From an uncultured Acidobacteriota bacterium (lineage in GTDB: Bacteria > Acidobacteriota > UBA6911), in NCBI GenBank assembly GCA_963843575.1, contig CAWJKZ010000012.1:64001-128000 (forward strand): a stretch of 64,000 nucleotides of DNA. The letters run 5' to 3'. Of this stretch, positions 30,506 to 43,010 are shown in pieces. How positions within the stretch are numbered: position 1 is the stretch's first letter; every line of letters begins with the position of its first letter. Below the pieces are notes generated by a model. That model was not told the DNA's origin. It saw only the letters and a program-made list of their open reading frames with translations, and ran no database searches. A program made the translations under genes and the position numbers.

Positions 30506-33207
30506 ATGCTGCCCATCGGCTACTCCACCACCGCCCTGCTGCGCGACGGCGGCTCCATCCGGATCCGGGCTCTCCGTACCGACGACGGGTACGGCTGCTG
30601 CGGCTGTTCGACCGCCTGAGCCAACGGTCGATCTACTTCCGGTTTCTTCCGTTCCAAGAGCAGGCTCACCGACGGCGAGCTGGGGCAGTTCACCGACCTG
30701 GACTTCGTGCGGCAACGCCGCGCTGGTCGCGACGCTCATGGAACACGAGCGAGGAGCACATCATCGGGGTGGGGCGCTACATGGGCCAACCCGACCCGGC
30801 CGCGCAGCGCGCCGAGGTGGCTTTCGTGGTTGCCGACGAGCACCAGGGGCGCGGGATCGGCACGTTGCTGCTCGAGCACCTGGTCCCCGTGGCCCGCGCC
30901 AACGGCATCACCGAGTTCGAGGCCGACGTGCTCGGCGAAAACAACCAGATGCTGCGCGATGTTCGCGACGAGCGGCTTCAAGGTGACGCGCTCCGCGGAA
31001 GGCGGGGTCATCCACGTGTCCTTCCCCACGGAGCCCACCGAGGAGTACTCCGAGGCCCAGCACCGCCGGGAACGCACCGCTGCGGCGCAGAGTATACGTT
31101 GGTTTCTGAATCCGGGTTCGATCGCCGTGGTCGGGGCGTCGCGCCGGCCGGGACGGATCGGGCATGCGCTGCTCGAAAACCTGACCCGGTGCGGTTTTCG
31201 GGGGCCGATCTACCCCGTCAACCCCAAGGCAGGCGAGATCTGCGGACTCAAGTGCTACCCGGACCTCTCGGCCGTGCACGCACCCGTGGACATGGCGCTG
31301 ATCGCCGTCCCCGCCCCACTCGTCGAAGGCGCGGTACACGACTGCTCCCGCGCCGGCGTCCGCTCGGTCGTGGTGATCTCCTCGGGTTTCGGGGAGGTCT
31401 CCACGGAGGGGCGCAGGCTCGAGAGCCGGCTGAAAGAGTGTGTGCGCGCGTCGGGGATGAGGATGTTGGGTCCCAACTGCATGGGGGTGCTCAACACGGA
31501 TCCCGCCGTCTCGATGAACGCCACCTTCGTCCCGACGTGGCCACCGGTGGGGAACATCGGGCTGCTCTCTCAGAGCGGGGCGCTGGGCTACGCCATCCTC
31601 GACCGCATCGAGGGCCTGAATGTCGGCCTCTCGAGCTTCGTGTCCGTGGGCAACAAGGTCGACGTCTCGGGCAACGATCTTCTCGCCTATTGGGCCGAGG
31701 ATCCGCGGACGTCGGTCATCGTCCTGTATCTCGAGAGCTTCGGCAATCCGCGCAAGTTCGCGCGCGTCGGTCCCCGAACTCGCCCGCCGCAAGCCGATCG
31801 TGGCCGTGAAGTCCGGCCGGTCGGCCGCCGGTACCCGGGCCGCGTCCAGCCACTCGGCGGCGCTGGCGAGCCTCGACGTCGCGGTGGACGCACTGTTTGA
31901 ACAGGCCGGGGTGATCCGCACCAACACGCTCGAGGAGTTGATGGACGTCGCCGTGCTTCTGTCGACCCAGCCGGTGCCGACAGGGCCTCGTGTCGGGCTG
32001 ATCACGAACGCGGGCGGCCCCGGGATCCTGCTGGCGGACGCGTGCGAGGCAAACGGCCTCGCGGTGCCCGAACTCGCCGCCGAGACGCTGCAGGGGCTGA
32101 GGGCGCATCCTGCCCCCGCACGCCGCCCTGACCAATCCCGTCGACGTGATCCCGTCGGCCACCCCCGAGCAGTACGCCGGCGCGATCCGGCTCACGGGCG
32201 CTGATCCGAACGTCGACGCCGTGATCGTTATCTACCTCCCGCCGCTGCTGCACCCACCGGAGGAAGTCGCCAAGGCCATCGCACAGGCCGCGGGCGATGT
32301 GCCGCCGGAGAAGCCGGTCTTGACGGTGCTGATGTCGTCCCGGGGCACGCCCCCCATCGTCAGCCGCGGGACGCGCGGCCAGCTTCCCGCATACGGCTTC
32401 CCCGAAAATGCCGCCCTCGCCTTGTCGGCCGCCGAACGATACGGGAGGTGGCGCAAACGCCCGCGAGGGCGCATCCACACCCTGGAGCCGTTCTCGCAGG
32501 CTGCGATCCGCGCCGTCGTCGATCGCGTACTGCAGTGCTCCGAGTCTCCGGTGTGGCTGGAACCTGCGGACATGGCAACCATCCTGCGCGCGGCTGGGAT
32601 CGAGTACGCGCTGACGCTGGAAGCGCCCGCGGCGGGCGCCGCCGACATGGCCGACCGCATCGGGTACCCGCTCGTGCTCAAGGTCCAGTCCGCCCAGGTC
32701 CTGCACAAGAGCGACGTGGGCGGCGTCGTGCTCGGGCTGAAGTCCCGCGCTGATGTCGAGTCCGCCCTCCAGACCCTCGATCGGCGGATGGCCGACATCG
32801 GGATGCGTCTCGAAAGGGTGCTGCTGCAGCGCGAAATCATCGGAGGCATAGAGGCGCTCGTCGGGGTGACGACCGACCCGACTTTCGGTCCGCTGCTCGT
32901 TTGCGGGTTGGGAGGCGTCCTTGTGGAACTGCTGAAAGACGTCTCGTTCCACCTGTCTCCCGTCAGCGACATCGATGCGGAGGAAATGATCGCCAAACTG
33001 CGCTCCGCGAGGCTGCTGGACGGCTACCGCGGTTCCGTGCCCGGCGACAGACAGGCGCTCGTCCGGGTCATCACGCGGGTGTCGGCGCTGATTGAGCTGA
33101 TACCGGAACTGAGAGAAGTGGACCTGAACCCGGTCAAGGTGCTGGAGCCGGGGAGGGGCGCACAGGTCGTGGACGGCCGTATGCGGATCGCGCGCATAGT
33201 CGGGTAG
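30506..33207 (+). CDS. GNAT + NDP-forming acyl-CoA synthetase fusion (Pat-like protein acetyltransferase), frameshifted
   Basis: AEVAFVVADEHQGRGIG GNAT; SIAVVGAS, GPNCMG, SQSGAL; HKSDVGGV, DPTFGP, EVDLNPV ATP-grasp. Confidence 0.88.
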
Positions 33208-33272
33208 CCCGGCATCTGGAAGCGGGCTGTAGTTGCAGTTGTGTTCGAGCGGCGCCACACAAGCAAAAACTC

Positions 33273-33342
33273 GCCACGGAGGACACGGAAGAAACACGGA
33301 AAACCACATTTGAGCTTCCGTGTGTTCCGTGCTTTCCGTGGC
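33273..33342. repeat. Palindrome built from tandem CACGGA(A) units
   Basis: gccacggaggacacggaagaaacacggaa ... ttccgtgtgttccgtgctttccgtggc. Confidence 0.75.
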
Positions 33343-33486
33343 AGGCCTCTGGTTTTGTTACCCAAGAGCCGACTTTTGTGGGCATATGCCGGGGATGTGT
33401 GTAAGGTTGGAGGCTCGACGACGCTTTTCGGGCAGGGCGGCATGACTGCAACGTAGTGGTAGATACATGTAGACGGGGAGCCTGAT

Positions 33487-34998
<1,512 letters not shown>

Positions 34999-35002
34999 CC
35001 TC

Positions 35003-35030
35003 TGGAGTGCGGCGGCTCCGACGCCGCTTT
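35003..35030 (+). repeat. REP family 2 unit
   Basis: tggagtgcggcggctccgacgccgcttt just after the permease stop. Confidence 0.65.
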
Positions 35031-35118
35031 CAGGCCGGCGCCTCGGCGCCGGCCGCCTGGACTGGCTCCGCTTCGCCGCCCGCCTGGCCGTTTGCTTTGT
35101 GCGCGCAGTGCGCCGCAC

Positions 35119-35974
35119 TCATCGGATGAGGCTGCGCAGCGTGGCCAGGTTCATGAGGTCTTCGGCGAGGTCTTTTCCCTTGGGGGTTTCCAGGATCTTG
35201 GGGACGTCGACAAAACGGCGGTCGTTGACCAGGCAGCGGAAGGCCTCCAGGCCGAGAAACCCCTGCCCGATGTGGGCGTGACGGTCCACCCGGGACCCGA
35301 GCTCTCTCCTGGAGTCGTTCACGTGAAACGCACTTATCCTGGCGGTTCCGACCACGCGGTGGAAGGCTGCCATGGTTTCCAGGTATCCCTCCTCCGTTCG
35401 GATGTCGTAGCCGGCGGCGAACGTGTGGCATGTGTCCAGGCAGACGCCGACGCGGCCGGACTCGCGCACCCCTTCCAGGATGGCGGCGAGGTGCTCGAAC
35501 CGGTGCCCCAGGCAACTCCCCTGCCCCGCCGTGTTCTCGATCAAGAGCTGGACTGGGGCGGGCACCCGCTCGAGCGCGCGGTTCAGCGTCGCGGAGACGC
35601 GCCTGATCCCGGCCCTCTCGCCGGCACCCATGTGTGCGCCGGGATGCAGGACCAGGGCGCCGACTCCGAGGAAGTTGGCGCGCCGCATCTCCTCGACCAG
35701 GGCTTCGAGCGACTTCCGGCGCAGGGCGGGGTCGGGCGACGCGGGATTGATCAGATAACTGTCGTGCGCAATCACGGCGCGGATACCGCTTCTCAGCTGC
35801 GCCTCCCGGTAGAGCAGCCGGTCCGCGTCGGTGAGGGCACTTCCCCTGCCACTGGTTGCTGTTCTTGAGGAAGACCTGCATCGCGCGACACCCTGCGCGC
35901 GTCCCGTGGTCGAACGCGCGGTGGATGCCGCCGGCGATGGACATGTGGGCACCGACGAGGAGTTCGCGTCTCAT
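35119..35974 (-). CDS. nfo: Endonuclease IV (frameshift near 35845)
   Basis: GAHMSIAGG, HDSYLINPA, ENTAGQG, CLDTCH, HVNDS, DRHAHIG, ILETP. Confidence 0.95.
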
Positions 35975-36027
35975 GGATTCTCCACCCGTATGATATCATT
36001 AGGGTTTATCGCCCGACAGGACCAGGG

Positions 36028-38106
36028 ATGATCACCAAGCGCTCTATCCTCCTTTTGGGATTGTCAGAAGCCGCGGAGCGGCAGGCCCTCGCTCATTTCA
36101 CGGCCGCCGGTCACGGCGTCCTGACATCCAAACATGGACCGGAATCCGACGCCCTCCTCCGAAACCCGCAGTTGGACGTCGTCTACCTCCAGGGTCCCCG
36201 GGACTCTGAGGCGGTCGCCCTGCTCAATCGGGTGACGACAGTCCAGCCCGCCCTCCCCGTGGTGCTCGTCGCCGCGCAGGAGTCGGCCGCCTTCATCCGG
36301 GAGGCCTGGCACGCCGGCGCGGCCGACGTGCTCTCGCTCCCGCTCTCGGCCCAGAACCTGGACGCCAGCCTCGAGCGTGCGACACGCCCGCCCGCCGGCC
36401 CGGACCGGGCCGGGGCCGAAGTGCAGGCCCGGTTCCGCTATCTGGACGAAACCGGCAAGGAGCGTTGGGCAGCCATCGTCCCGCCGCGCTTCACAATCGG
36501 GCGCAGCTCGGCCAACGACCTGGTCCTGACCCAGATGAGCATCTCCCGTGCCCAGGCCGAGGTCCTCGTCCAGGACGGCGAATACATCGTGCGCGACCTC
36601 GGCAGCAAACACGGGACGTTTCTGAACGGGACCCGCGTCGAACAGGCCAAACTGAACAACGGGGATCGCGTCCAGCTCGGAGGGTTGCAGGGCCCGAGCC
36701 TCACGTTCCACCGGGGCGACCTGCTCCAGTCGCTGCTCGGCTTCTCCGAGTCCACGCCCGAGGTCAGCAGCATCTCGGTGCGCGGATTCCGCGAGATCGG
36801 CATGCTGCTCGCGACGCTGCGTGCGCTCAGCTCGATCCCGCTGCTGGACGACCTGCTCGCCCTTGTCGTCGACACCGCCATCGAGTTGACCGGCGCGGAA
36901 CGCGGATTCATCATGCTGAAGGACGACGACGACAACCTTACGTTCCGCTGCGCGCGCAACAGCTACAAGCGCCCGCTCGACGGCTCGTCGTTCCAGACCA
37001 GCCGCCGCGTCCCGGACGAGGTCTTCAGGACCGGCAAGCGCGTCGTGATCAACGATCTGGATTTCGGCGACAATCCGGACGACCACAGCTCGACCCGACG
37101 CCTCGGGCTGCGCAGCATTTTCTGCGTCCCGCTGCGCTACCTGGCATTCCACGAGTCGGGCAACCAGTCGGGCATCGGCCGCATGGAGACCATCGGCGTG
37201 CTGTACGTCGACAGCCAGAGTATCGGGACGGGACTGTCCAACACCCAGCTCGACGCGCTCGAGACGCTCGCCTCGGAAGCGGCCATGGCCATCTACAACG
37301 CGCGGCTCTACCGGGACTCGCAGGAGAAACGCAAGATGGACGAGGAACTCGCCATCGCCCGCGAGATCCAGCAGGCGCTGCTCCCTAATCCGATCAAGGT
37401 CCTCCCCTTCGTCACCGCCCACAGCCAGAACTTCCCCTGCCATGAAGTGGGCGGGGATTACTTCGACTACTTCGACATGGACGGCGGCCGGCTTGGCTTC
37501 GCCCTGGGCGACGTGGCCGGCAAGGGAATGCCCGCGGCGCTGTTGACCTCGATGATCCAGGGCATCTTCTCGGCCCAGACGCTGCTCGACCTGCCCCTCC
37601 CCGCCGTGATCTCCAACGTCAACCGCAACCTCGTCAAACGGGGCACCGGCAACCGGTTTGTGACCTTTTTCTTCGGCATTCTCGATCCCGAGGGAAACTG
37701 CACCTACACCAACGCCGGGCACAATCCCCCGTTCGTCCTCGGCCGGGACGGAACCCTGCAGGAACTCACCGAGGGGGGAATGGTGCTCGGGCTGTTCGGA
37801 TCCGCCCAGTACGAGTCCAAGACCGTCAAACTGCAGGCCGGCGACCACGTCGTCCTCTACACCGACGGCGTCCTCGAAGCCCGCAACACCGCCGGGGACG
37901 AGTTCGGCGACGAGCGCCTGCGCGCGCTCCTGAAGGCAAACCGCAGCTCGTCCAGCGCCGAGATCCTCGCCCGCCTGCAGGAGGCCATCACGCTTTTTTC
38001 CACCAATACCCCGCAACACGACGACATCACGATGATGGTCCTCGGGTACCAGGAAGCCGCGGCCGGAGCGCCCGCGGCCGCCCGGGAGCCCAGCCTGCGA
38101 GGTTGA
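36028..38106 (+). CDS. SpoIIE/PP2C phosphatase with pseudo-receiver, FHA and GAF domains
   Basis: FHA IGRSS...SR...DLGSKHGT; GAF LYVDS; PP2C VGGDYFD, GDVAGKG, NAGH, YTDG, DDIT. Confidence 0.92.
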   Translation: MITKRSILLLGLSEAAERQALAHFTAAGHGVLTSKHGPESDALLRNPQLDVVYLQGPRDSEAVALLNRVTTVQPALPVVLVAAQESAAFIREAWHAGAADVLSLPLSAQNLDASLERATRPPAGPDRAGAEVQARFRYLDETGKERWAAIVPPRFTIGRSSANDLVLTQMSISRAQAEVLVQDGEYIVRDLGSKHGTFLNGTRVEQAKLNNGDRVQLGGLQGPSLTFHRGDLLQSLLGFSESTPEVSSISVRGFREIGMLLATLRALSSIPLLDDLLALVVDTAIELTGAERGFIMLKDDDDNLTFRCARNSYKRPLDGSSFQTSRRVPDEVFRTGKRVVINDLDFGDNPDDHSSTRRLGLRSIFCVPLRYLAFHESGNQSGIGRMETIGVLYVDSQSIGTGLSNTQLDALETLASEAAMAIYNARLYRDSQEKRKMDEELAIAREIQQALLPNPIKVLPFVTAHSQNFPCHEVGGDYFDYFDMDGGRLGFALGDVAGKGMPAALLTSMIQGIFSAQTLLDLPLPAVISNVNRNLVKRGTGNRFVTFFFGILDPEGNCTYTNAGHNPPFVLGRDGTLQELTEGGMVLGLFGSAQYESKTVKLQAGDHVVLYTDGVLEARNTAGDEFGDERLRALLKANRSSSSAEILARLQEAITLFSTNTPQHDDITMMVLGYQEAAAGAPAAAREPSLRG

Positions 38107-38142
38107 CACGACCGGGCAGCTGTTCGGGAAGGCTCCTGTCCT

Positions 38143-38922
38143 ATGCCGCGTTTCAAGTTCGTCATCGAATACCAGGGCACCCGCTACCACGGGTGGCAGA
38201 TCCAGAAGAACGCGCGCACCGTCCAGGGCGACATCGTCGCAGCCCTCGCGAAACTGACCGGGCGGAGCGATTTCGAGTTCTACGGCGCGGGGAGAACCGA
38301 CGCGGGAGTCCATGCGCTGCGGCAGGTGGCCCACCTCGACATCGCCGTCCCACTCGAGGCCGAGGGGCTGAGGCGGCAGCTGAACGACGAACTCCCCCCG
38401 GACATCCACATCCTGCAGGTCGAGCCCGCGCACCCCCGTTTCCACGCGCGGCACCACGCGGTGTCCCGCAGCTACTTGTACCAGATCTCGCGCAGGCGAA
38501 CGGCGTTTGGGAAAAAACTCGTGTGGTGGGTGAAGGAAGAGCTTGACCTGGACGCGATGAGAGGCGCGGCGGCGCTCTTCGTCGGGATGCGGAATTTCCG
38601 CTCATTTGCCGCCGAGGACGGCGACGACACCTCAGCCAAGGTCCTTATCGAGAGGGTCGAGGTCGCCGCAGCCGGGAACCTGATCCTGGTCCGGGTCGAG
38701 GGCTCCCACTTCCTCTGGAAAATGGTGCGCCGCATCGTCGGCGTGCTCGTCGAGGTCGGCAAGGGGAACCTCACCGTCCAGGACGTACGCGGCTTTCTCG
38801 ACACACGGTCGGAAGAACCTGCGAAGCTGGCCGCGCCCGCATCCGGGCTGTTCCTCGAACGGGTCTACTACGAGGGCGATCGCAGGCTGGAGGTTCTTTC
38901 CCCGGTGTTGCCGGTAGAGTAA
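38143..38922 (+). CDS. truA: tRNA pseudouridine(38-40) synthase
   Basis: EYQGTRYHGWQ, GAGRTDAGVHA, FLWKMVR, APASGL. Confidence 0.94.
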   Translation: MPRFKFVIEYQGTRYHGWQIQKNARTVQGDIVAALAKLTGRSDFEFYGAGRTDAGVHALRQVAHLDIAVPLEAEGLRRQLNDELPPDIHILQVEPAHPRFHARHHAVSRSYLYQISRRRTAFGKKLVWWVKEELDLDAMRGAAALFVGMRNFRSFAAEDGDDTSAKVLIERVEVAAAGNLILVRVEGSHFLWKMVRRIVGVLVEVGKGNLTVQDVRGFLDTRSEEPAKLAAPASGLFLERVYYEGDRRLEVLSPVLPVE

Positions 38923-38995
38923 GTGGGCCGCGGCGGCCCGCCACGGCCCGTAATCAGCAAATCCCGTGCGGTACTTGATACTGCCCGGTTGCAGC

Positions 38996-40108
38996 TCATC
39001 GGGGAGACGTCGGGCCGTCTTCGCCCACGTGCGAACCGAGCCAGAGATCTATGGGGCGCACCGCGTCGGTCCGGAACGGGAGCTCGATGCGCCGGTTGCC
39101 CCCGGCGGAGGCATACGCGGCCTGCACCAGCTCGAGCACCGCGCGCCCGTCCTCCCCGGTCTCGACCGGCTCCTTGTCGTTCCGGACGCAATCGACGAAG
39201 TGCGCCATTTCCTGAGGGAAGCCGTAGTTCCAGACTTCTTCCCACGTGGTGTAGGTCCAGCCGCGCGACGTGGACGCCTTCTCGACCACGTACCCGTACC
39301 CAGGTTCGCTGTAGGTCTGGATGGCGTTGCCCATGTGCAGGTTGGCATAGCAGCACCCGCCTGATCCAAACACCTCGACGCGGTCGTCCATGCCGCCCAC
39401 TCGCGCCCAGCTCTCCTCGGCGAGACCTTCGGCGCCGTTGTCGAACCGGACGACAATCGTGGCCGTGTCGTCGCCCCGCGTCTTGTCGGAGTGCACGAAG
39501 GTCCCCATGTCGGCCAGCACCGAAACCGCCCGCGGCTTGCCGTAGAACCAGCGGAAGAACTCCAGGGCGTGACACCCCATGTCCATCGTGACGCCGCCGC
39601 CGCTGCGCCGCACGTCCCAGAACCAAGGGGCATGCGGGCCACCGTGCTTTTCGCTCTGCTTGACCAGGTACACGCGGCCGAAGGCGCCCTCCTCGGCGAG
39701 CTGCTTGACCCGCACGTACTTCGGGGTGAAGCAGAGTTCCTCGGCGTACATGCACTTCACCGATGCCTTGCGGCAGGCTTCGATCATCCGGTCGGCCTCC
39801 GCCATGTTCATCGCGAAGGGCTTTTCCACGATGACGTGCTTGCCGGCCGCCGCGCAGTCCAGCGTCATGGCGCAGTGCAGGTCGTTGGGTCCGGAAATGG
39901 CGACCAGCGAGATCTCTTCCATCTCCAGCATCTTCCGGTAGTCAGTGAACCAGTGGGCCATGCCGTGCCTCTGCGCGAAAGGACGGACGTGGGATTCCGT
40001 GGGCGAGGCGACGGCGAACAGCTCGGCCTCGGGCACGAGCTTGAAACTCTCCGCGTGGATGTCCGCCTGGAACTGTGATCCGATGAGTCCGACACGCACC
40101 CTCGACAT
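38996..40108 (-). CDS. Gfo/Idh/MocA oxidoreductase
   Basis: VGLIGS, GKHVIVEKP, GGGVTMDMGCH. Confidence 0.92.
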   Translation of the reverse strand: MSRVRVGLIGSQFQADIHAESFKLVPEAELFAVASPTESHVRPFAQRHGMAHWFTDYRKMLEMEEISLVAISGPNDLHCAMTLDCAAAGKHVIVEKPFAMNMAEADRMIEACRKASVKCMYAEELCFTPKYVRVKQLAEEGAFGRVYLVKQSEKHGGPHAPWFWDVRRSGGGVTMDMGCHALEFFRWFYGKPRAVSVLADMGTFVHSDKTRGDDTATIVVRFDNGAEGLAEESWARVGGMDDRVEVFGSGGCCYANLHMGNAIQTYSEPGYGYVVEKASTSRGWTYTTWEEVWNYGFPQEMAHFVDCVRNDKEPVETGEDGRAVLELVQAAYASAGGNRRIELPFRTDAVRPIDLWLGSHVGEDGPTSPR

Positions 40109-40148
40109 TTGGAAGCCTCCGAAACTGCGAATATCAGGTAACCGGGTG

Positions 40149-41420
40149 TCAAATCACGGTTCCGCTGTGGATCAACGCACCCTTGGGAACGACGATGATG
40201 CCGTCGCGGATGGAGTAGCTTTCCTCGTCTTTTTCCTGGAGGTTGTGCGCATTGATGATCGAGACGTTGTCGCCGATCCGCGTGTTCTTGTCGATGATGG
40301 CTTTGATGATCGTGCAGTGGTTGCCGATACCGATGTTCGGGATACCCATCGCTGCGTTCTCGGCCATGTCCTGGGTCGTCTCGTAGCGGTCCGCCCCCAT
40401 GATGATCGAATTCTTCACCGTGGAGCCGCCGCCGATGCGACTCCTGACCCCGATCACCGAGTGCTTGATGTCCGCTCCGTTCAAGATGCAGCCTTCGGTG
40501 ATGATCGACTGGTGTATGCTGCAGTTGTTGAGCTTGGAGCCGGGCAGGTTGCGCGGGTGGGTGTAGACGGGCATCTGGTTGCTGTAGAAATTGAACGGGG
40601 GCAGGCTGCCGGTCAACCCGAGGTTGGCCTCGTAGAACGACCGGATGGTCCCGATGTCCGTCCAGTAGCCGTCGAACACGTAGGCGCGGACGCGACGCCT
40701 GTGAATCGACTCGGGGAAGACCTCCTTGCCGAAATCCATGGCGCTCGATTCGGTCAGCAGGCTGATCAGGAAGTCTTTGCGGAAGATGTAAATCCCCATG
40801 CTGGCCAGGTAGGGGCGCGAACCGTTTTCGGTGGTCTGGCAGCTCGGCAAAACGCAGCGCAGCCCGTCCAGCTCGTCGGGCTTCGGCTTTTCGCGGAAGG
40901 TGACCACCTCGGCTTTCGGTCCCAGCTTCATGATCCCCATGCTCGACGCGAGCTCCGCGGGGACGGGGAAGGCCGCCACCGTGATCTCCGCGTCGCTGTC
41001 GATGTGAAACTGGATCATCTGCCGGAAATCCATCTGATACAGCTGATCACCGGAAAGGATGATGATGTATTCCACGTCGTATGGGGCAAAGTGCTTGATG
41101 CTCTGGCGCACCGCGTCGGCCGTGCCCTGGTACCAGTTCGCGTTGTCGGGCGTCTGCTCCGCCGCCAGGATGTCGACGAAACCGCCGTTGAACATGTCGA
41201 ACTTGTAGGTCTGCACGATGTGCTTGTTCAGGGAGGCGGAGTTGAACTGGGTAAGAACAAATATCTTATTGATGCCCGAGTTGAGGCAGTTGCTGATTGG
41301 GATGTCGATGATCCGGTATTTCCCCGCCAGCGGCACAGCCGGCTTGCTGCGCATTCCAGTCAAGGGATACAAGCGCTGCCCGCGGCCGCCACCCAGCACA
41401 ATTCCGAGTACGTCCTGCAT
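40149..41420 (-). CDS. glgC: Glucose-1-phosphate adenylyltransferase
   Basis: ILGGGRGQRLYPLT..RSKPAVP-like motif, WYQGTADAV, ASMGIY, DFGKE. Confidence 0.96.
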   Translation of the reverse strand: MQDVLGIVLGGGRGQRLYPLTGMRSKPAVPLAGKYRIIDIPISNCLNSGINKIFVLTQFNSASLNKHIVQTYKFDMFNGGFVDILAAEQTPDNANWYQGTADAVRQSIKHFAPYDVEYIIILSGDQLYQMDFRQMIQFHIDSDAEITVAAFPVPAELASSMGIMKLGPKAEVVTFREKPKPDELDGLRCVLPSCQTTENGSRPYLASMGIYIFRKDFLISLLTESSAMDFGKEVFPESIHRRRVRAYVFDGYWTDIGTIRSFYEANLGLTGSLPPFNFYSNQMPVYTHPRNLPGSKLNNCSIHQSIITEGCILNGADIKHSVIGVRSRIGGGSTVKNSIIMGADRYETTQDMAENAAMGIPNIGIGNHCTIIKAIIDKNTRIGDNVSIINAHNLQEKDEESYSIRDGIIVVPKGALIHSGTVI

Positions 41421-41444
41421 CGTCCCCCCCTTGGTCCGGCCCCG

Positions 41445-41453
41445 ATTATAGCA
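41445..41453 (-). promoter_or_regulatory. Extended -10 promoter TGCTATAAT for glgC
   Basis: Perfect consensus 24 nt upstream of the ATG. Confidence 0.65.
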
Positions 41454-41585
41454 GGTTGCCCGTGGGAGCAAAATCGTACGGGCCGCCGAGCAGCTCACTC
41501 CGTCGGCGCTCCCCTCGGCGTCCGTCGGCGTGCCGGTCGCGGGATGTTCTCCACTCGACGACATGCGTCCCGGCCCGGCCCGCGG

Positions 41586-42212
41586 CTATTTGCGGCGGTT
41601 GCGGAGCTCGCGGGCGACCTGTTCGAGCGAGACGTCTGCCTGGGCGAGACCGACGAGGAGGTGATACAACAGATCGGAGGCCTCCCGGATCAACTCCTCC
41701 CGATCGGCGCTGACCCCGGCCACGACGGTCTCCACGGCCTCTTCTCCGATCTTCTGGAAGATGCGTTTCGGGCCGCGCTCAAACAGCTTCGTCGTATAGG
41801 AACCTTCGGGCCGCTCGGCCTTGCGCCGGGCGATCGTCCTTTCAAGCTCGCCGAGGATAAGGCCGACCGGCTCGCGGTCGGCGCCCGCGAATCCCTCCAC
41901 CGGGTCGGAAAAGCAGGAACGGCTTCCCGTGTGGCATGCGGGGCCCCGGGGTTCGACCCGGATCACCAGCGCGTCCCGGTCGCAGTCCGCCGTGACGCTG
42001 ACCACCTTCTGCACGTGGCCGGAGGTCTCCCCCTTGTGCCACAGTTCCTGGCGGCTGCGGCTGAAGAAGACGGTTTCTCCCAACGCGCGTGTGCGCTCCA
42101 GGCTTTCCCGGCTGACGTAGGCCACCGTCAGCACTTCCCCGGTAGCCGCGTCCTGTACCACGGCGGGGACGAGCCCGTCGCGGTCCCAGCGCATCTCGTC
42201 CAGTTTTGCCAT
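41586..42212 (-). CDS. hisIE: Bifunctional PR-AMP cyclohydrolase/PR-ATP pyrophosphatase
   Basis: [27 protein letters not shown]. Confidence 0.96.
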   Translation of the reverse strand: MAKLDEMRWDRDGLVPAVVQDAATGEVLTVAYVSRESLERTRALGETVFFSRSRQELWHKGETSGHVQKVVSVTADCDRDALVIRVEPRGPACHTGSRSCFSDPVEGFAGADREPVGLILGELERTIARRKAERPEGSYTTKLFERGPKRIFQKIGEEAVETVVAGVSADREELIREASDLLYHLLVGLAQADVSLEQVARELRNRRK

Positions 42213-42226
42213 ACGCTACCCCCCGG

Positions 42227-43006
42227 CTATGCCCGGCAGCGGACGGGAATGCCGCGGTCGCGCAGGAACTGCTTGGCCTCCGCGATGGTGTGCTGCCCGT
42301 AGTGAAAGATGGAAGCGGCCAGCGCGGCGCTGGCCCTGCCCTCGGTAAACGCCTCCGCCAGGTGCTCCAGCGAGCCGCAGCCGCCGGAGGCGATCACCGG
42401 GATGCCCACCTGCTCGGCCACGGCGCGGTTCAGGACGTTGTCGTAGCCGGCCTGGGTGCCGTCCCGGTCCATCGACGTCAGGAGAATTTCCCCCGCCCCG
42501 AGCTCCGCGGCTGTGCGGGCCCAGGAGACGGCCTCGAGCGTGGTGAGCGTGCGCCCGCCGTGGGTCGTGACTTCCCACCGCGGGGGGTCGCCGGGCGGGG
42601 CAGGGATGCGCCGCGCGTCGATGGCCACCACGATGCACTGCGAACCGAAGTACCGCGCGGCCTCGCGGACAAGCCCCGGGTTCTCCACCGCCGACGTGTT
42701 GAGCGAGACCTTGTCCGCGCCCGCGCGCAGGATGTCCCGAATGTCGTCGAGCGAGCGCAGGCCTCCCCCCACCGTGAACGGGATGAAGACGGTGTCGGCC
42801 ACATCGCGCACCATGCGGGTCACGATGTTCCGGCGGTCGGACGACGCCGTGATGTCGAGAAAGACGAGTTCGTCCGCGCCGGCCGCGTCGTAACGGGCGG
42901 CCGCCTCGACGGGGTCGCCCGCGTCCTTGAGGTTCACGAAGTGGGTCCCCTTGACGACCCGCCCGTCGCGCACGTCCAGGCAAGGGATTATTCTTTTGGC
43001 CAGCAT
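42227..43006 (-). CDS. hisF: Imidazole glycerol phosphate synthase cyclase subunit
   Basis: [33 protein letters not shown]. Confidence 0.97.
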   Translation of the reverse strand: MLAKRIIPCLDVRDGRVVKGTHFVNLKDAGDPVEAAARYDAAGADELVFLDITASSDRRNIVTRMVRDVADTVFIPFTVGGGLRSLDDIRDILRAGADKVSLNTSAVENPGLVREAARYFGSQCIVVAIDARRIPAPPGDPPRWEVTTHGGRTLTTLEAVSWARTAAELGAGEILLTSMDRDGTQAGYDNVLNRAVAEQVGIPVIASGGCGSLEHLAEAFTEGRASAALAASIFHYGQHTIAEAKQFLRDRGIPVRCRA

Positions 43007-43010
43007 CCGG

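Noticed and set aside
28119-33207. Programmed frameshifting in pcrA or pat
   Set aside because: No slippery heptamers were evident at the shift sites, and similar indels occur throughout the window.
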